A stretch of 64,000 nt of DNA from Vermamoeba vermiformis. Lineage: Eukaryota. The stretch is taken from positions 248,001 to 312,000 of the forward strand of contig JBEWZL010000056.1 of the NCBI GenBank assembly GCA_045837725.1, written 5' to 3'. Below the pieces are notes generated by a model. It saw only the letters and a list, made by a program, of their open reading frames with translations. It was not told the origin of the DNA and searched no databases. This document shows positions 12,465 through 26,127 of this stretch, piece after piece. Each line of letters starts with the position of its first letter. The stretch's first letter is position 1. The position numbers were made by a program, and so were the translations under genes.

Positions 12465-13405
12465 TGTAACCGGACTCCAACGAATAACCTTTGAGCTGTG
12501 GTCTTTCGTGCCAAAAGTAAATATAATTATGCCGTTGTCTCGTTCATAAAATTTTACTCGAGTTCGCCACGTGAAAATTCCGCATTAGGCAACACTGAAA
12601 CTGCTAAATTTGAAAACCACGCGTCGATCACATCATTTTATCGCGTTTATGTAACTTATGAGCACGAGCGGCTATACTCTTCGTCTGCGGCGAGCCAGCC
12701 CGAAATCAATTGATCCGTCCGGAAAAATTTGCACGTCTTAAGACACGAATAGCATCATTGACAATTGGCGACTTTTATGGAATATAGACTAACGATACTG
12801 AATTTGATTCAATATCTCTCGCACTTTAGCTTTCATTAACCGTGTAATCCAGATAAAAGTATACTTTTATCTTAAAACTTGACGTTAGTCAGACCGGAGT
12901 AATAAGTATGATTATAGACGTCATATCGGGTGGTAAATTGTACCTTGTGCCTGCGGGTGTCGAAAGAAGTGCACTAAAGATGACAGTCCTGTTCGAAACA
13001 AAGATTCACAAGATTAAAATTATTTAATGCCGAGAGCACAGCACTAGAATTCTATCGGCAGTGGTTGAATTGTATAAGGCGCAGATAATACCACTAGACG
13101 CAACCATCGTAAAAATAGAACATATTTCCGCGAGGGCTTTGCTGAAATTGAATGTAAAATTGAATTATTCCCAAATCTGCCAAGATTTTCGGGTATTGGT
13201 ACAACGAAAACTCTCTAATTCATTTGTAATAGACCCCACAGTCAAAACCATCAAAAGTCGCTGCAAGCTTAAGTTCTGGATTTCGCACCTCGGTGTATTT
13301 TTTTGTGTGCATGAAATTGGATAATTGCGCAATTTATCCTGTCGTTACAGAAGGAACCACAAAGGGATTATGTACCGTTCTTTCTTGTAACTGGACAGTA
13401 ACAAA

Positions 13406-16359
13406 ATGGCACGCAATTACAAGGGCAGGATCCGTTGCGATCGACCCTTCGTACAACACTTTATTTTGCGACCTATTGAGAGATTGATTCTTATACTATT
13501 ATCTATTATATTTCTAGCACTTATTGGCTTCGGCGCTTTATCAGTACCAGTAAGTAGCACGTCAAACACTCGAAATCACCATTTTATAACTTTAATATTA
13601 TTATTTTCAAAATTTTATAATTAATAACAACACTTATATTATTATTGTTACGTTTTGTAATATTTATTGACGAAAATGCGCATTTTAGAGCACTTATTTT
13701 GAAGATGCTGATTTTCTCTATGGACCCTTCAACGTCACAGAAAATGCAGTGCCTCTCAACGCAACATTTAAATATAATATTGTATTAGACGGTCATAGCC
13801 ACGCAAGGCATCGTAAGTAACCGACAAAGGCAATTAATATGAACTCGGGATCTGCCAATAATAATTTCCTATATATTAACGGCGAATAAACTTATTTTAT
13901 TTATGTGTACGCGCAACTAATTTATATTTATAGCCGTCGATGATGGTGCTCTGACCTACGAACAAAATATTTTGTGGCATATTGCTAATGGATTCAACGC
14001 GGCAATTATTACCGGTCATAATACACTTGGCACAGGTAATGATTCGAAATATAGAATCGATTGTCATATCATTTATGCTGTATTGCAGCACTCAATCGCT
14101 GAGACATCTCGTGTACATTATTGTTAGCACTGGCTGATTCGTTTATTATTAGCGAACAACACTCGTCGCATTGCACTTGAAAAATACGACGACAAGATTA
14201 AGGTAATTATATAACAGCCATTTACACTCCATTTTGTCCGGTACAATTCGAGTTTGGCTCTGTGATCTGACTGTCATAGTTCAATTTCGATTGGTATCTC
14301 TTAGTTATCGTCAAGCTTAGTGAATAATTCAAATACTTTTGCCAGATTATTATGGGCATGGAATATTCTACGTGTCGTATTCATATGAACCTTATCAACA
14401 TCGAAGTTGCACCTCCGATCTACGCCAAGCCAACAGACGAACAACTCCAAGAAGTGATTGACTTTGTGCACGCCCAAGGAGGTATTCTACTGCTATATAT
14501 TATTGGTCAACTTACTGCATGCGTTGACGCATCGGAGGCCTAATTCAAAGTCCCTGGATTATTCATCCGTTGATCGCTACTTCGTATTTTGTTCCAATAT
14601 ATCTTTAATTTCCGACGATAAGATTCGTTATCTATGCGCTATTAAGGTAGTACAGCTCACTAACTTTTTTGTACTGGATGCAGGTCTTGTATCGGTCAAT
14701 CATTTTGGCTGGAGCTTGCCTGTGATGCCTACTCACCCTACCAAGCAGCAACTGACCGAGTAAGTAGTCTAAAACCATATCTACGATCTCTACGGCTGCA
14801 GTTCAATCGGTCTTTCCTCAACAGATCTCATTACTGTGATCAACGAATTAAATTAAATACCAGCATGAAATTTAGATGCTTTACGTGGGAAAGGGCATAT
14901 CAATTCGCATTAAACTCAAATTTACGCAATACTAGCTTGATGTTAAATTTAGCTAATACTGTATTTGGTAATGCGGATTTTTAAATTTAATTCGTACCAG
15001 TTTCATGAACTTGAAATCCAAGCTGCAAGAGCTTCAGTTTTATAATTTCATGTCAGTATCTCTTTACAAATTTTTGACGCCACATTTTCGGGCATGTTAC
15101 AACTGCCAAAATTTATCCGTACACCAAGATCCAATTTCAGATCAGCTTTACGAAATATCTGACCACTTCTTTAAATAGTTGGGGCGTAGACTTCTTCGAG
15201 GTCGCGAATGGAGCTTCAGAACAGTTTGACGTCCAAAGTTTATTGTGGATCCAAGCGCATCCGGAAATAGGCATGATCAGCGGCACGGACATGCACTGGC
15301 CTCATATGGGCAGTAAGTATTAGCTACAATCTATCGCTAGCTTACTTTCAAGACACAATTCAAAATACGTCAGTTTTATCACTGTACAACAAATTTTATT
15401 TCTGATCCGAACTTTCCGAACCATTTTGTCTCCTGCTTTAGTAGACGTATTAATTAGTATACCTGACCCCCACTCGTTCGGATATACAATACATGTACTA
15501 TTGATGCCGGAGTTAATGTAATGCGCGTACAGATAAAGTCTACACAGTGCTCAATGCTGAAAATTTCACCGTTGAATCAATCATGGAAGAACTGCGCGCG
15601 AAGAGAACGAGTGTCATTTACGATGTGATTGGCGTGGCTGGGTATGTATATTAATTAAGTGTCATATTGTGACTCAATAGGAGCACGAACCACTCAATTT
15701 TGATCGAACCCATTATTAAATCGTACAATCGAGATTACGGCATGGTGACACATTGCACAACATAATTAAGTGTGGCACTAGCGGAGATCATGATTTTAAT
15801 ATTAATATATCTGCCATCCGTGGATTGTTCCTAATTACTAATGTTTTACAACACAGTGGTGAACGCTGGTTAGTGTATCCCGAGTCGATATTCCTCGGTC
15901 CATTGGGCTATATAGGCAACATAGTAAATAAGTAAGTGCTATGTTGGAAGCTATTCAATCAAATCAATTTTAATGCGGAAAAATTCGCTGGTTTGTGTTT
16001 GCAAAGTGCGCATATCGCAAATACACAGCAAAATCCATTTAACTCGCTGTTTCCCGCAATATACTATCCGATCAACATCGATTTTGCAATATTGAATTTG
16101 TGGTTACTAATTTTTATTGCAAAGCTTCTACGCAGATCTGCGCGGGCTTTATTCGTTCACTGACGAAGGCTTTTGCAACCCCGGTGGTATAGTCGTGTAC
16201 GGCGACACACTGACATCATTTATATTCTGGGTATTATTCTTTTGGTTCGTTGGTGAATTGTTGCGGATTGCGATAATGGAGGTGATCTGGCCCCTCATCA
16301 AAAAAGCGAGGAAGAACAAGAATAAGTTCAAGAACGAGACTGACCTTGAATCGAAATAA
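13406..16359 (+). CDS. Membrane-anchored PHP-domain (polymerase/histidinol phosphatase-like) metallo-phosphoesterase
   Basis: N-terminal TM; DGHSH, TGHN, GMEY..HMN, VNHF, SGTDMH motifs; C-terminal TM; many exons. Confidence 0.8.
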
Positions 16360-16521
16360 TATTATTGAAATGTAAATAGTAGTTGTAATAAATGTATTAT
16401 TTAAACAGGAGACTGACCGTATTTACGGATGGAGCACGAGGGAGTACAAAAAAAGTTGTTTTATTCACAGCTAATGCACAATATGCACGATGTAATGTAA
16501 AATACAGGTCAGTGATTCAGA

Positions 16522-19050
16522 TTACTCTTGTCTATTCTTGAACCAGCCCTCAACAGCGTCGTCGTCAAATTGAGGCATGAAGTCGACTTCAGTAATCTCG
16601 GTGAAGCCTTCAGACTTGGAGGGAGCTGCAAAGTTCTTGTGGAACACGTTGTAGCCAACGTCAGGAATGCGACGCACGGTACCATTGCTTTGGCGCTATA
16701 TAGAAAAGCTTAGAACGCTGGATTTGGATCGACGATTAAAGACCAGACTTACCTCACGGAAAAGGTTCATATGCTCAGCAAGTTCGCGAGGAGTCTTCAT
16801 AACGAAGCAGCGCACGGGAACTTGATGCTTCTTAGCAGCGGCAAGGTAAGGAGCACGAGATTTGGCATCCGGATTCGTGTTGTCAACGACAGCAGATTTT
16901 CCCTCAGCCAAAGCTTTCTCTACTGCATCCAAGCACTTCTTAGGGGTAAGAAGGGTATCCTAGCAGGAGGTCATGCGTTAGACACGAGATCTAGCTCAAA
17001 CACGATAACGGCTAGTAACTTACTCTATTCACACGAACATAGCCGTGAGGCACCAAGAATCGAGTGGAGAAGGTAGACTTGCCGCTAGCAGGCTGTCCGA
17101 CCATGATGACAAGTTCTTGCTCCTCCTTGGCGTACTTGGGCAGTTGTTTGGGCATCTTCTTCTTGTACTCCTCGAGCAGTTGCACGGGATCGATGCCGCC
17201 CCACTTGAACGGCACTTCTTTCTCGCCCAAGAAGTACTCGTCGGGGGTAAGGAACTTCAAGCCGATATTGTGCGCGAATGCTCTGTCAGTGCACGAGAAA
17301 TCTTTCTTTGCTCCAGCCTGAAGAAAAAAACGGATGTGATCAGTTACGCGTTCCATGAAAAGCAACAGAGGATTAGATAATCGCCAATATTCGATGATTA
17401 CCTTCCATCCAGCAGGGCGACCAGCAGCATCACCAACAAAGACGGATTCTTTCATGTCAACAGCAGCACCTTTGCGCATCGTCTTGACGAAGAAGTCCCA
17501 CATGGAAGTGTGAGGCTTGCGCCAGTGGTTGGTAGCTGCAGCAACGCACGCTTGGATAGGGAAGCCCAACTATATGCGAGAGAATGGTAAGTTAAAGTCT
17601 GTAAGCCCAAACGAAAGCATCCGCCACACCTCTTCAGCCAGATCGAGGATTTTACCGGTAATGTCGTCGATTCTAGTTTTGCCCTTTTCAACACCAGCTT
17701 GATTGGTGAAGATAATAATGTTCCAGCCGTCTTTGTAGATTTCGGTGAGCTTGGGCTTGACTTCGTCGAACAACCAACGCCAATCTGCGCGACCGCTGGC
17801 AAACTTCGCCTTGCTCTTTGGAGTAACAAGAGTATCATCCTGCAATATTGGAAATTAATCGCGCCGTGGAATAAGTAAGAAATGAAATAAAATTGAATTT
17901 AATTCCAGAAAAATATCGCAGCTGAAGAGATTTTTCTTACCATATCAAAAGCGGCGACCTTCTTTGAGTGTTTAATTTCGGGAGAAGTCAAGTAGTAGAA
18001 GGTATCTTCCTCGGCCTCCCATTTAAGACCGAATGAGCCTTTGAACACTGCAGATTGAAAAAGTAACGGTTAGTTGGGAGATCGAGGAAAGAAAATCGAC
18101 AATTTAATTTAGCCATAATTTAGTAAATAAAATTATGTGCACGATCGTACCTTCTTTCTTTTCAACTCTAGCGCGTTTTGCGCGGCTAGATGTAACTGTC
18201 TCTTCTTGCTCGCTGGCAGAGTTTTCTTCTTCAGACTCAGCTTGAGCACGTGTTCTTTTCTTGGGTGGCATAATTGATTGTGTTAGTCGAGGTTGAAAAT
18301 AATAAGCCTACAAACGAATTTATCTTTTTTGGGGACGGCATGTGACACGCCTCCAGAAATAAAAGTCGGGTAGTGTATTTTCACGAAATTAATCACGTGA
18401 GGTACGCGATCATACCGGTATTTTTCAAGTACATACCACGCCTGAAGCTTTCGGCTGTGAGGCTTCGCCGGGGGCTGGATGGGTACATTGTTTGAAGTGA
18501 TCTGGGTTCTTCCTTTTGCACGCAGCGCCATAAGGACAAGGATGCAAGCACTCGATAAAATGTTGCGGATTTTTACGAGTACACTGAGCACCGTACTTGC
18601 ACGGGTGAGAGAATTGAGTGAAATGAACTGGATTTCCTCGCGTACAACCGGCACCGTAGCGACAAGGAGATAATAGCTATCGATTAATTAATATCGATAT
18701 TTTCTATTAATTATAACGATAAATATTACCTTTTTAGAAGTATCGGTGTTGGTGTTAGAATTATTCGAATTGTTATTATTTACAGAGGTGTCAGTATTTT
18801 GTTCATTCGTATTATTATTTTCATCTGTCACATTATCATCATTGTTTTGATCTTCCATTGGCTCATCGTTATTTTCTACCTCTTCGGCAGCTGATTTAAT
18901 TTCTTCTTCGAAACTATTTTCATTTTGGCGCTCTTCCTCTTCCGCTCCACTGTTATATTTTGACCCATAGCTATCTGCTTCATTTATAGGACTCTCTGAT
19001 CCTTCATCGTCGATGATGTCTTGCGAAAGAATCTTGTTGCCGCGTTGCAT
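16522..19050 (-). CDS. PNKP: Bifunctional polynucleotide 3'-phosphatase/5'-kinase with N-terminal acidic tract and 3 PBZ zinc fingers
   Basis: HAD phosphatase (AAFDM|DDTL, FTNQ, RKP, FVGDAAGR, DFSCTD), kinase (GQPASGKS, VVDNTN); upstream exons 19050-18730 and 18676-18437 splice in phase 0 onto 18259. Confidence 0.9.
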
Positions 19051-19119
19051 CTTGTCAGTTAAAATAAAATTGAACAGTTTTGTTCAGCATTTGGAAAAAG
19101 AGACACCACGGCGACCCAA

Positions 19120-22100
19120 ATGGAGGAGTCCATTTTGTCTGATGTAAACAGCTACAGCGGTGGGTCAGAAGTTGGTTTGGCGGATGTCTACAGCAGATCT
19201 GAAACCCTCGTTGGTGAAGATGTATTATCTATTGAGCTGGATAATTTACATAATCCAGGGATACTGTATACATCCGTAGGTAAGTCTTAGCAACGAAAGA
19301 TTTTTTGAATTCAATCCCATTTTTATTTTCAAAATTCAGAGAGGCGTTATTAACACCGCTGGTAATATTGATCAAGCATGTACTGCTGGATTACAATTTT
19401 CTAAATTTCAAATTTCAATTTGTCTAAGTGTCATTCGCCTTAGACATTGCGGATGTGAGTCCAAGAGACATGTCTATGAGTGAAAATCCGTATTATGAAG
19501 GAATAGAGCCATTGCCTGAAAATAGCGCGAACAATGCTCCGGGAGGCCGCTACTTAGAATCATCGGATCAGCTCAATCAGCTTCATCAGTCAAACGATTC
19601 GTTGTCAGAAACAAGCTCAACCGACCATAATAGCGACGAATCGAGCTGGAATGAACGATTTCAGCGCATTTATAACACCGAGAACTCTTTGGAGAAGTAC
19701 CTAGCATTAGGCAAGCTCGTCAAAGATTTTGTAGACACGGCTCAGACGTGAGTATTATAGTATTATAATCAACGTCAGTTCATCATCTTGTTCGTTAGCT
19801 ACGGCAAAGTCATCATCTCCGAGAGCGCACTGCCAGTCTCAGAAAAGACGATCAAACCAAAACTCGACATTGGTATTGCTGGCGGTGACAAATGTAAGCA
19901 GCACCTTACAACTGAACAATCATTTGCCACATTATTGACGTTTGTGAGATATTTGTGCTGGAATATTGTTCAAATATGCCACGGACAAGGAATTGAATGG
20001 TGGATTTTGGATGTACGGCGGGGACCACAGAAAGGACGAATTTGCTTTGAAGTCAGCCAATCACGAGCTGAAGGGCATTATCAGGTAAATGCCACTATTG
20101 AGCGTGCGGTTATTGACTAACGAATATGGGCGTAGTTACTTGAATGCGGGTGTGAAAGAATTATGTTTGCCACTGATGGTAAGTACATCATAGTACATTC
20201 CAATCGATGTAGTGTTTAATATACCTTCAGGCCGTCATTGACTACGCAGGAATACGATTGGTAGCGGTGGCATTGTTGCCTATCAACGAGACCACACTGC
20301 GTTACGGCAGCAACAACGCTGGTCGCACGATACACAACTCTGACAAGAAGCTCAACATGCACATAGAACGAGTCGCGAAGAAGTTGAATATCAAGGGCCA
20401 TCCAGTGGGATTGACGAAGAAAGTACTGTTTGGCCCTGGTGATCTCGAAGGTCACTTGGGCACCGACGATCGGTACTATGTCCTGGACTTCGCACGTTTG
20501 TACCCGCCTGAGCCTCCCAGCAAGAGAAAGTAAGTCGAATCGTCTTTTAGGGCGATCTAACGCATATTCAGTTTGCACCAGAGAGCCACGTGGTTCAATC
20601 TGTTGCGCCCTGAGCTCGTCGCTTCTAACTCCGTGCCACTGAGCCCTGATGCGTACTCGTGTTTTGAATCAGAAAGTACACGCACCGTTAGCAAGAAAGA
20701 GATTGTCCATGCAACTGTTCGCTTGTACAAGGTCATCATCCCGAAGTTTGCGAAGGATTTTGACGATGCCCAAAGCTTGGCAAACGGTAGCACCGATCAC
20801 AATCAATTAATAGAGAGCTTGCATCGAGCGGGCATCAACATTCGTCACCTTGGTTTTGTTCTGCTTAAGACTACGACACAAGTAGCTCGTTCAATTATTC
20901 TCACAGAGATGGTCGCGAGGGTTATAAAAAATGAAATCAAGAACGCATTCAGAGAGCAATCGATGCTATTCAGCTCGCGAGATAAGATCCAGCAAATCAT
21001 TTTGGACGAAATGAACGCAATAACCGAGACGAACTCCCTCAATTACGTCACATTTTGGACCAACAGAGTGCATGCATTACTCCAGAATAAATTTCAGTAT
21101 AATTACGCCGAGGACCCGCTCAACTCTGAAGTGGAGATTGAAAGCTTGGTTGACAAACGAGTGTTGATCGACAAGCTCGAGATGATGATTGGTACGCTGT
21201 CAACGTTGTCGCTAATGTAGCTTACAGTTTTGTAGGCTTTAAACTGACTCACGCGGCAAAGCAATCCTTCTTGGAATCAGGCACAGCTGTGTTCCGAGAG
21301 GTCGACATTAAGTCTATCGAGCCTCGTGTGAAGCACTTGAATATCGTTGATTATGCCGAGGGTGCTGTGTACATGTACTTGGCAAAGAGTTGCGGAGAGC
21401 GAGAAACCAGCAGGTGGAAACAATATCTCCAAAATGCTATCAAGAGCTTTGCCTCCGCACTGTCGGCTGCACCTTTTGATGGCTCCTCTTGGTAAGAGTC
21501 TGTTATTAACACCTTTCGCTAAGTCTTGCACACAGCTACAAGTTGGCGCGCTGCCTGCACAAGATTACGGAACTGGAGTTAGACAATGGGCCCTTCGAAT
21601 CACTCGTGAAACAAGCGTCAGAGAAGTACGCGCAGTCTATTCTCTTCGGGTACTCGCCTGAGAAAGTACTTGAGAGGCGAGGACAGCTGTTGTTGATGGC
21701 TGCCGGACGCACCAATGAAGAGAAGTACTATCAACTGGCTGGTGAGAGCTATCAGCAAGCGTTCAGATATCCCTCGTGCATGCACATCATTAAAGAGCTG
21801 TTTGAACGAGCCAACGAGGAGCAAGGTAAGACAACGTTGACCTGGTTCATATCTAACTATTAGAACAGGCGAAAAGCTTCTCAACACACTCAAGCTGTCC
21901 CTCTATTGTCCAGTTCTGCAATATCAATTCGCTCATGAATTAACGCGAATTGACGTGTCCAAAGTAGCTGCATTCTCTCAGGCAGAGCTGATACTGCTGT
22001 TCTCAGGACTCAACAAAGTGAAGGAGCTACTTGTTTCGACCTTGAATATCAATGTAAGGCTCTTCACATTAGTACGTTAATATTTGTTGACCGTGGCACA

Positions 22101-25100
22101 GGACGAGTTCATCGAGTTTGCTGCGAACAAGTGGCCTGGCTTGGAAAAGCTAGATATCTCAGGCATTCTCAATATCACTGATCGGGGCTTGGCGGCGGTG
22201 TCTAAATGTACTGACTTGAAGTATCTCAACTTAGATCGGATGGGCATGATTAGCAACGAAGGTATGTATCAAGTCACAATGGCTGGACACTTTGCCCTGT
22301 TTGTGACATCTTCGCAGGTTTGATAAAGCTGTCAAAGGCATGCAGCAAGATTGAAGAGCTGTCAATATGTCAGTGCAGTCAAATCACCGAGGCGTGTTTG
22401 ATACAGGTCACGGATAATTTGCCTCATTTGCAGCACTTCCATTGCATCATGTTCCACGAGCTTCAGCCCAAGTTGTTCACGAGTGAGGGGCTAATTCAGC
22501 TTGTGCGACCTGGCACCAAGACGCTACGTGTCTCAGTGCATCGTCTGACCAATGACAGCGCCGCACAACTCATCCAGAAGATAAATCAAACTGGCGCAAA
22601 GATAGAGAACATCGCGTTTTACAGAGAGAGCGATATGATCGCCGATCGCGATGCTGACACGCGCGGAGAATTAATATCTGAAGAGGGATTTATTCCGCTG
22701 TTCAATGTGCTGCCCCACTTGAAGTCAATCGAGATAAGCAACTTGAACATATCTGACGACGCACTACGGTTCATGCTGGCACACTGCACCAATCTGGAGA
22801 AAATTGTACTGGCCAGTCTAATATGCTCAGACCTGTCTAGCGAGTGGTTAGACGCGATCACCCCGAACAACAGCAAGTTGCAGCACTTGGAGCTCAGGTC
22901 CACAGCCAATGAGACCTCGCGTGTACCACTAATCAAGCAGCTGGCGACGTCTTGTCCTCGCCTCGCCACTCTCAAGACAGAGTCGTTCTACTTGCCCGAC
23001 GAACTGATTGCCATGTCAAACTGTTTTCCTTATTTGCAAACCTTAGACGTGTCCTTCAATGTAAGAGTTTATCGTATTCGAAGACGTTTCTAACATGTTA
23101 CAGCGGTACCTTAACATCGATGACGTGGTGATACGATTGTGCTGCGAGTCATGGCGCAATTTGAAGAAGATTCGTCTTGAGGCTTGTGACAAAGTTTTTG
23201 GCTTCGTGGACTCGCTGCTTCATTTGTCCAAGAACACACCGAAGCTGCAGTCACTGTCGCTGCGGATTTTAGACGAGATTAACCCGATGGCTCTCGCCGA
23301 CTTTTTCTACCAACCAAAGCCGAAGATCACCAAACTGGACCTGTACAAAAGCGCACCAGTCAACGACGAAGCAATGGCCAAGATATTGCCACTCGTGCCT
23401 AACTTGACGTAAGTTTTTAGGTATCATAATAAGTGCTGATTCATGTTTAAGGCATTTAAATTTGTCGTACACACGAGTCACCAACAAAACTGTTAATTTG
23501 CTCGCCCAACACGTGCCTAAGCTGCGAAAGCTTTACATGGACGGCGTTGCTGGATTGACTGACAGTGCCTTCATTGACGTCGCCAAGAAACTGAAGCACT
23601 TGCGGGTGTAAGTCCTCAACGCCTACTACTTCCTCCTCACTATTAAATATTTTACAGTATCAGTGTTGGCGAGCAGATGTCACTGAACGGAGGATGTGTC
23701 GCGTACTTTGCGTACTATTGCGACAACTTACAGAGAGTGGCAATGAGAGTCAGCGAAGATTTGTACGTTGATCCTTCAGTGTTGACTTCACACCTGACGT
23801 GCACTATTATTTGGCGAGGTACGGCACTTAATATACCAGGCTGTCGCTCTAATCGTTCATTGGTTTGATGCAGCCAAGGTCATGTTTTTGTTCTGCAAAA
23901 AGATTCAAGGGCCCATGCGACTAGAGATGCTCAAGAAATCAGCCGAGATTCTCAATCGAGTGTTGTGCACCATGCCCGAGTACTTGAATGATTACAAGGC
24001 GTTTTGGCTAGCCAACGCCCAGAAAATGGACTCAGATGCGCTGCACCAGTACATCTACATGCTCGATTACTGTCCGCAGATCATCAATCTGTTGCAGAGC
24101 TATTGGCAGTACTATCCTAACGACGAGCTGTTCACGTCAAGCTCGCTTAAATTGACGCGCAACTATCTCGTCAGCAAGACCACGTTGATCAAAGTGCTGT
24201 CGGCCCTAACTCAGCCAATCAGTCTACACATGGCAAACTGCATGTGGTTCACTCCTGGTGAAGTGGTAGAGGTACTGTCCTCGTTCCAATTCAAGTCATT
24301 GCATCTGTACAATGACACGTGGCAGTTGTTCCACCAGTCCATTGCCAAATTAAGCACTCTGTCGCAGAGTTCGCTGGTCAGTTTGGAAGTGTCAAATCAC
24401 TATGACTTGCAAGCCCTCGATGTCGCCAAGTTTACTAACCTTACCAACCTTGATGCTTCATTTTCAACGCGTGACTCGAGTAAGTCAAGTAGTTACATAG
24501 CCTGCATCGCTAACACGAATTAGTATGGGGCGCAGGTGAACTGACAGCCATACTTGCCTCTTGTAAAGGGCTCAAAAGAATCGACTTCTCGGGCAGACAT
24601 CAAGCCTCTGCCAGTGTGCTCACTGACAGCGATGCCGAGTCACTGACTTTCGAAAAGTTCAGAGCTGGCGTCGCCGTGTCATTAGCTGATGCTGCGAGGC
24701 TGTTGAAGAACTCGCCCAGCTTGCTAGACTTAAGGATACGGTACGATGAGTGTTATGCTAATAGTGTGCGTCTATTAACGGCTATGTAGCATTGGAGCGG
24801 ATGGCGGACTGGATCGTGTGATCATTGGCAATCTAGTGTCACTTGAACTGTTCGAGACTCATCTGACCAATGACATTTTGACATCGTTGACAACCTGTCA
24901 ACACTTGAAAGAGTTCTCTGCCGTATACTGCACTTTTGGAGCCGACAGCCATGACGCCTTCAGATCATTTTTCAGCTCACTAGTCTTCACTAAGTTAGTC
25001 ATGGTACCAAAGAACAAGCGCGAGCTAAACCAGCACGTGTTTGAATCCATCGCACAACAGTCGCAGTTGCAACACTTTGAAATTGCCTTCCATCCTTGCC

Positions 25101-26061
25101 CTCGTTGGCAAACATGGATTACGTTGATCGAAAAGAACGTTTCACTGAAAAAATTCATTATTCGCGACGGCTCAGTTATGGTACACTTCGCGCTACAAAA
25201 GATTATTCCGCTACTTCCACCTTTGGAGACATTCACTGGCATTTCATTGGATGATAATTTGCTGGCCATTCTTGCGCAGAACTCGCAGAAGACATTGAAA
25301 GTGTTGAACCTTTCAGCAAGCTCGGATCTGACAGAGTGCAAAGCTCTAGGTCTGTGCCGTAAAATGGAAGTATTGGACCTATCGTACTGCAACATTAAAG
25401 ACGAGGACTTGATGCACGTGACGACGTGTCTGAGTGGCCAGCTGCAAGAAGTCTATTTGCGGCAGTGCAAGAACATATCTTCCGCGACCATTATTGCCTT
25501 GTTGCAACACTGTCCGAGACTTCGTCGGATGAATGTGTCTGGTCAGTGCAATCATCCAAGTATTGATTACTGTTTCTAACTCTTCAAATAGAATGTGTTC
25601 AATTGACGGACTCGGTATTACCAGCACTACAAGAGTACGGCAATTGCTTGGAAGAGGTCGATTTAACTCAATGCCCGCTACTCACCGTGGATAAAATCGA
25701 TCAACTCAAGTTATTTTCAGTTGTCCAGCTGCGAGCTTCGCGCAACATTTTTGGGTACATGATCTCGGAAGAAGTGAAACAAATACACGGTACGTGACAA
25801 TAGCATAGCATTAACATTTGACTTAACGTATTTTCTTTAGTCTCGTATGACAATCTCTTCAAGGCACTGGCTCGCAAAGTCTGCACGCGCAGCTTGCTCA
25901 AAAATTACAGTGTGAGACAAGAGGCAACGTACTGCACCACGTGTCAAGCAGTGGTGTGCAAGTCGTGTCTGATCAAGTGTCACAAGGGCCACGAAGTCAA
26001 CGACGAGAACTATTTCAGCGTCACGTGTCAATGCAGTGTCAATTGTAAATGTCAAAAATAG
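19120..26061 (+). CDS. Large Clu-domain protein with helical region, extended LRRs and C-terminal UBR-like zinc finger
   Basis: Clu motifs (GIAGGDKY, DLEGHLGTDDRYYVLDFARLYPPE, LLRPELV, LHRAGINIRHLG, EMVARVIK); FBXL-type LRRs (LDISGILNITDRGL, LDLSYCNI); terminal CT..YCTTC..VCKSCLIKCHKGH..CQC. Confidence 0.85.
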
Positions 26062-26127
26062 TTGTAGATAAATTGTAGATAAATTTGATTTGTTTTATAT
26101 ATTACAGTGCCAGTACTACGCTCAGTG

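Noticed and set aside
12498-13400. Short ORFs between RapGAP and the PHP gene
   Set aside because: No motifs or coherent splice model; probably the divergent promoter/UTR region
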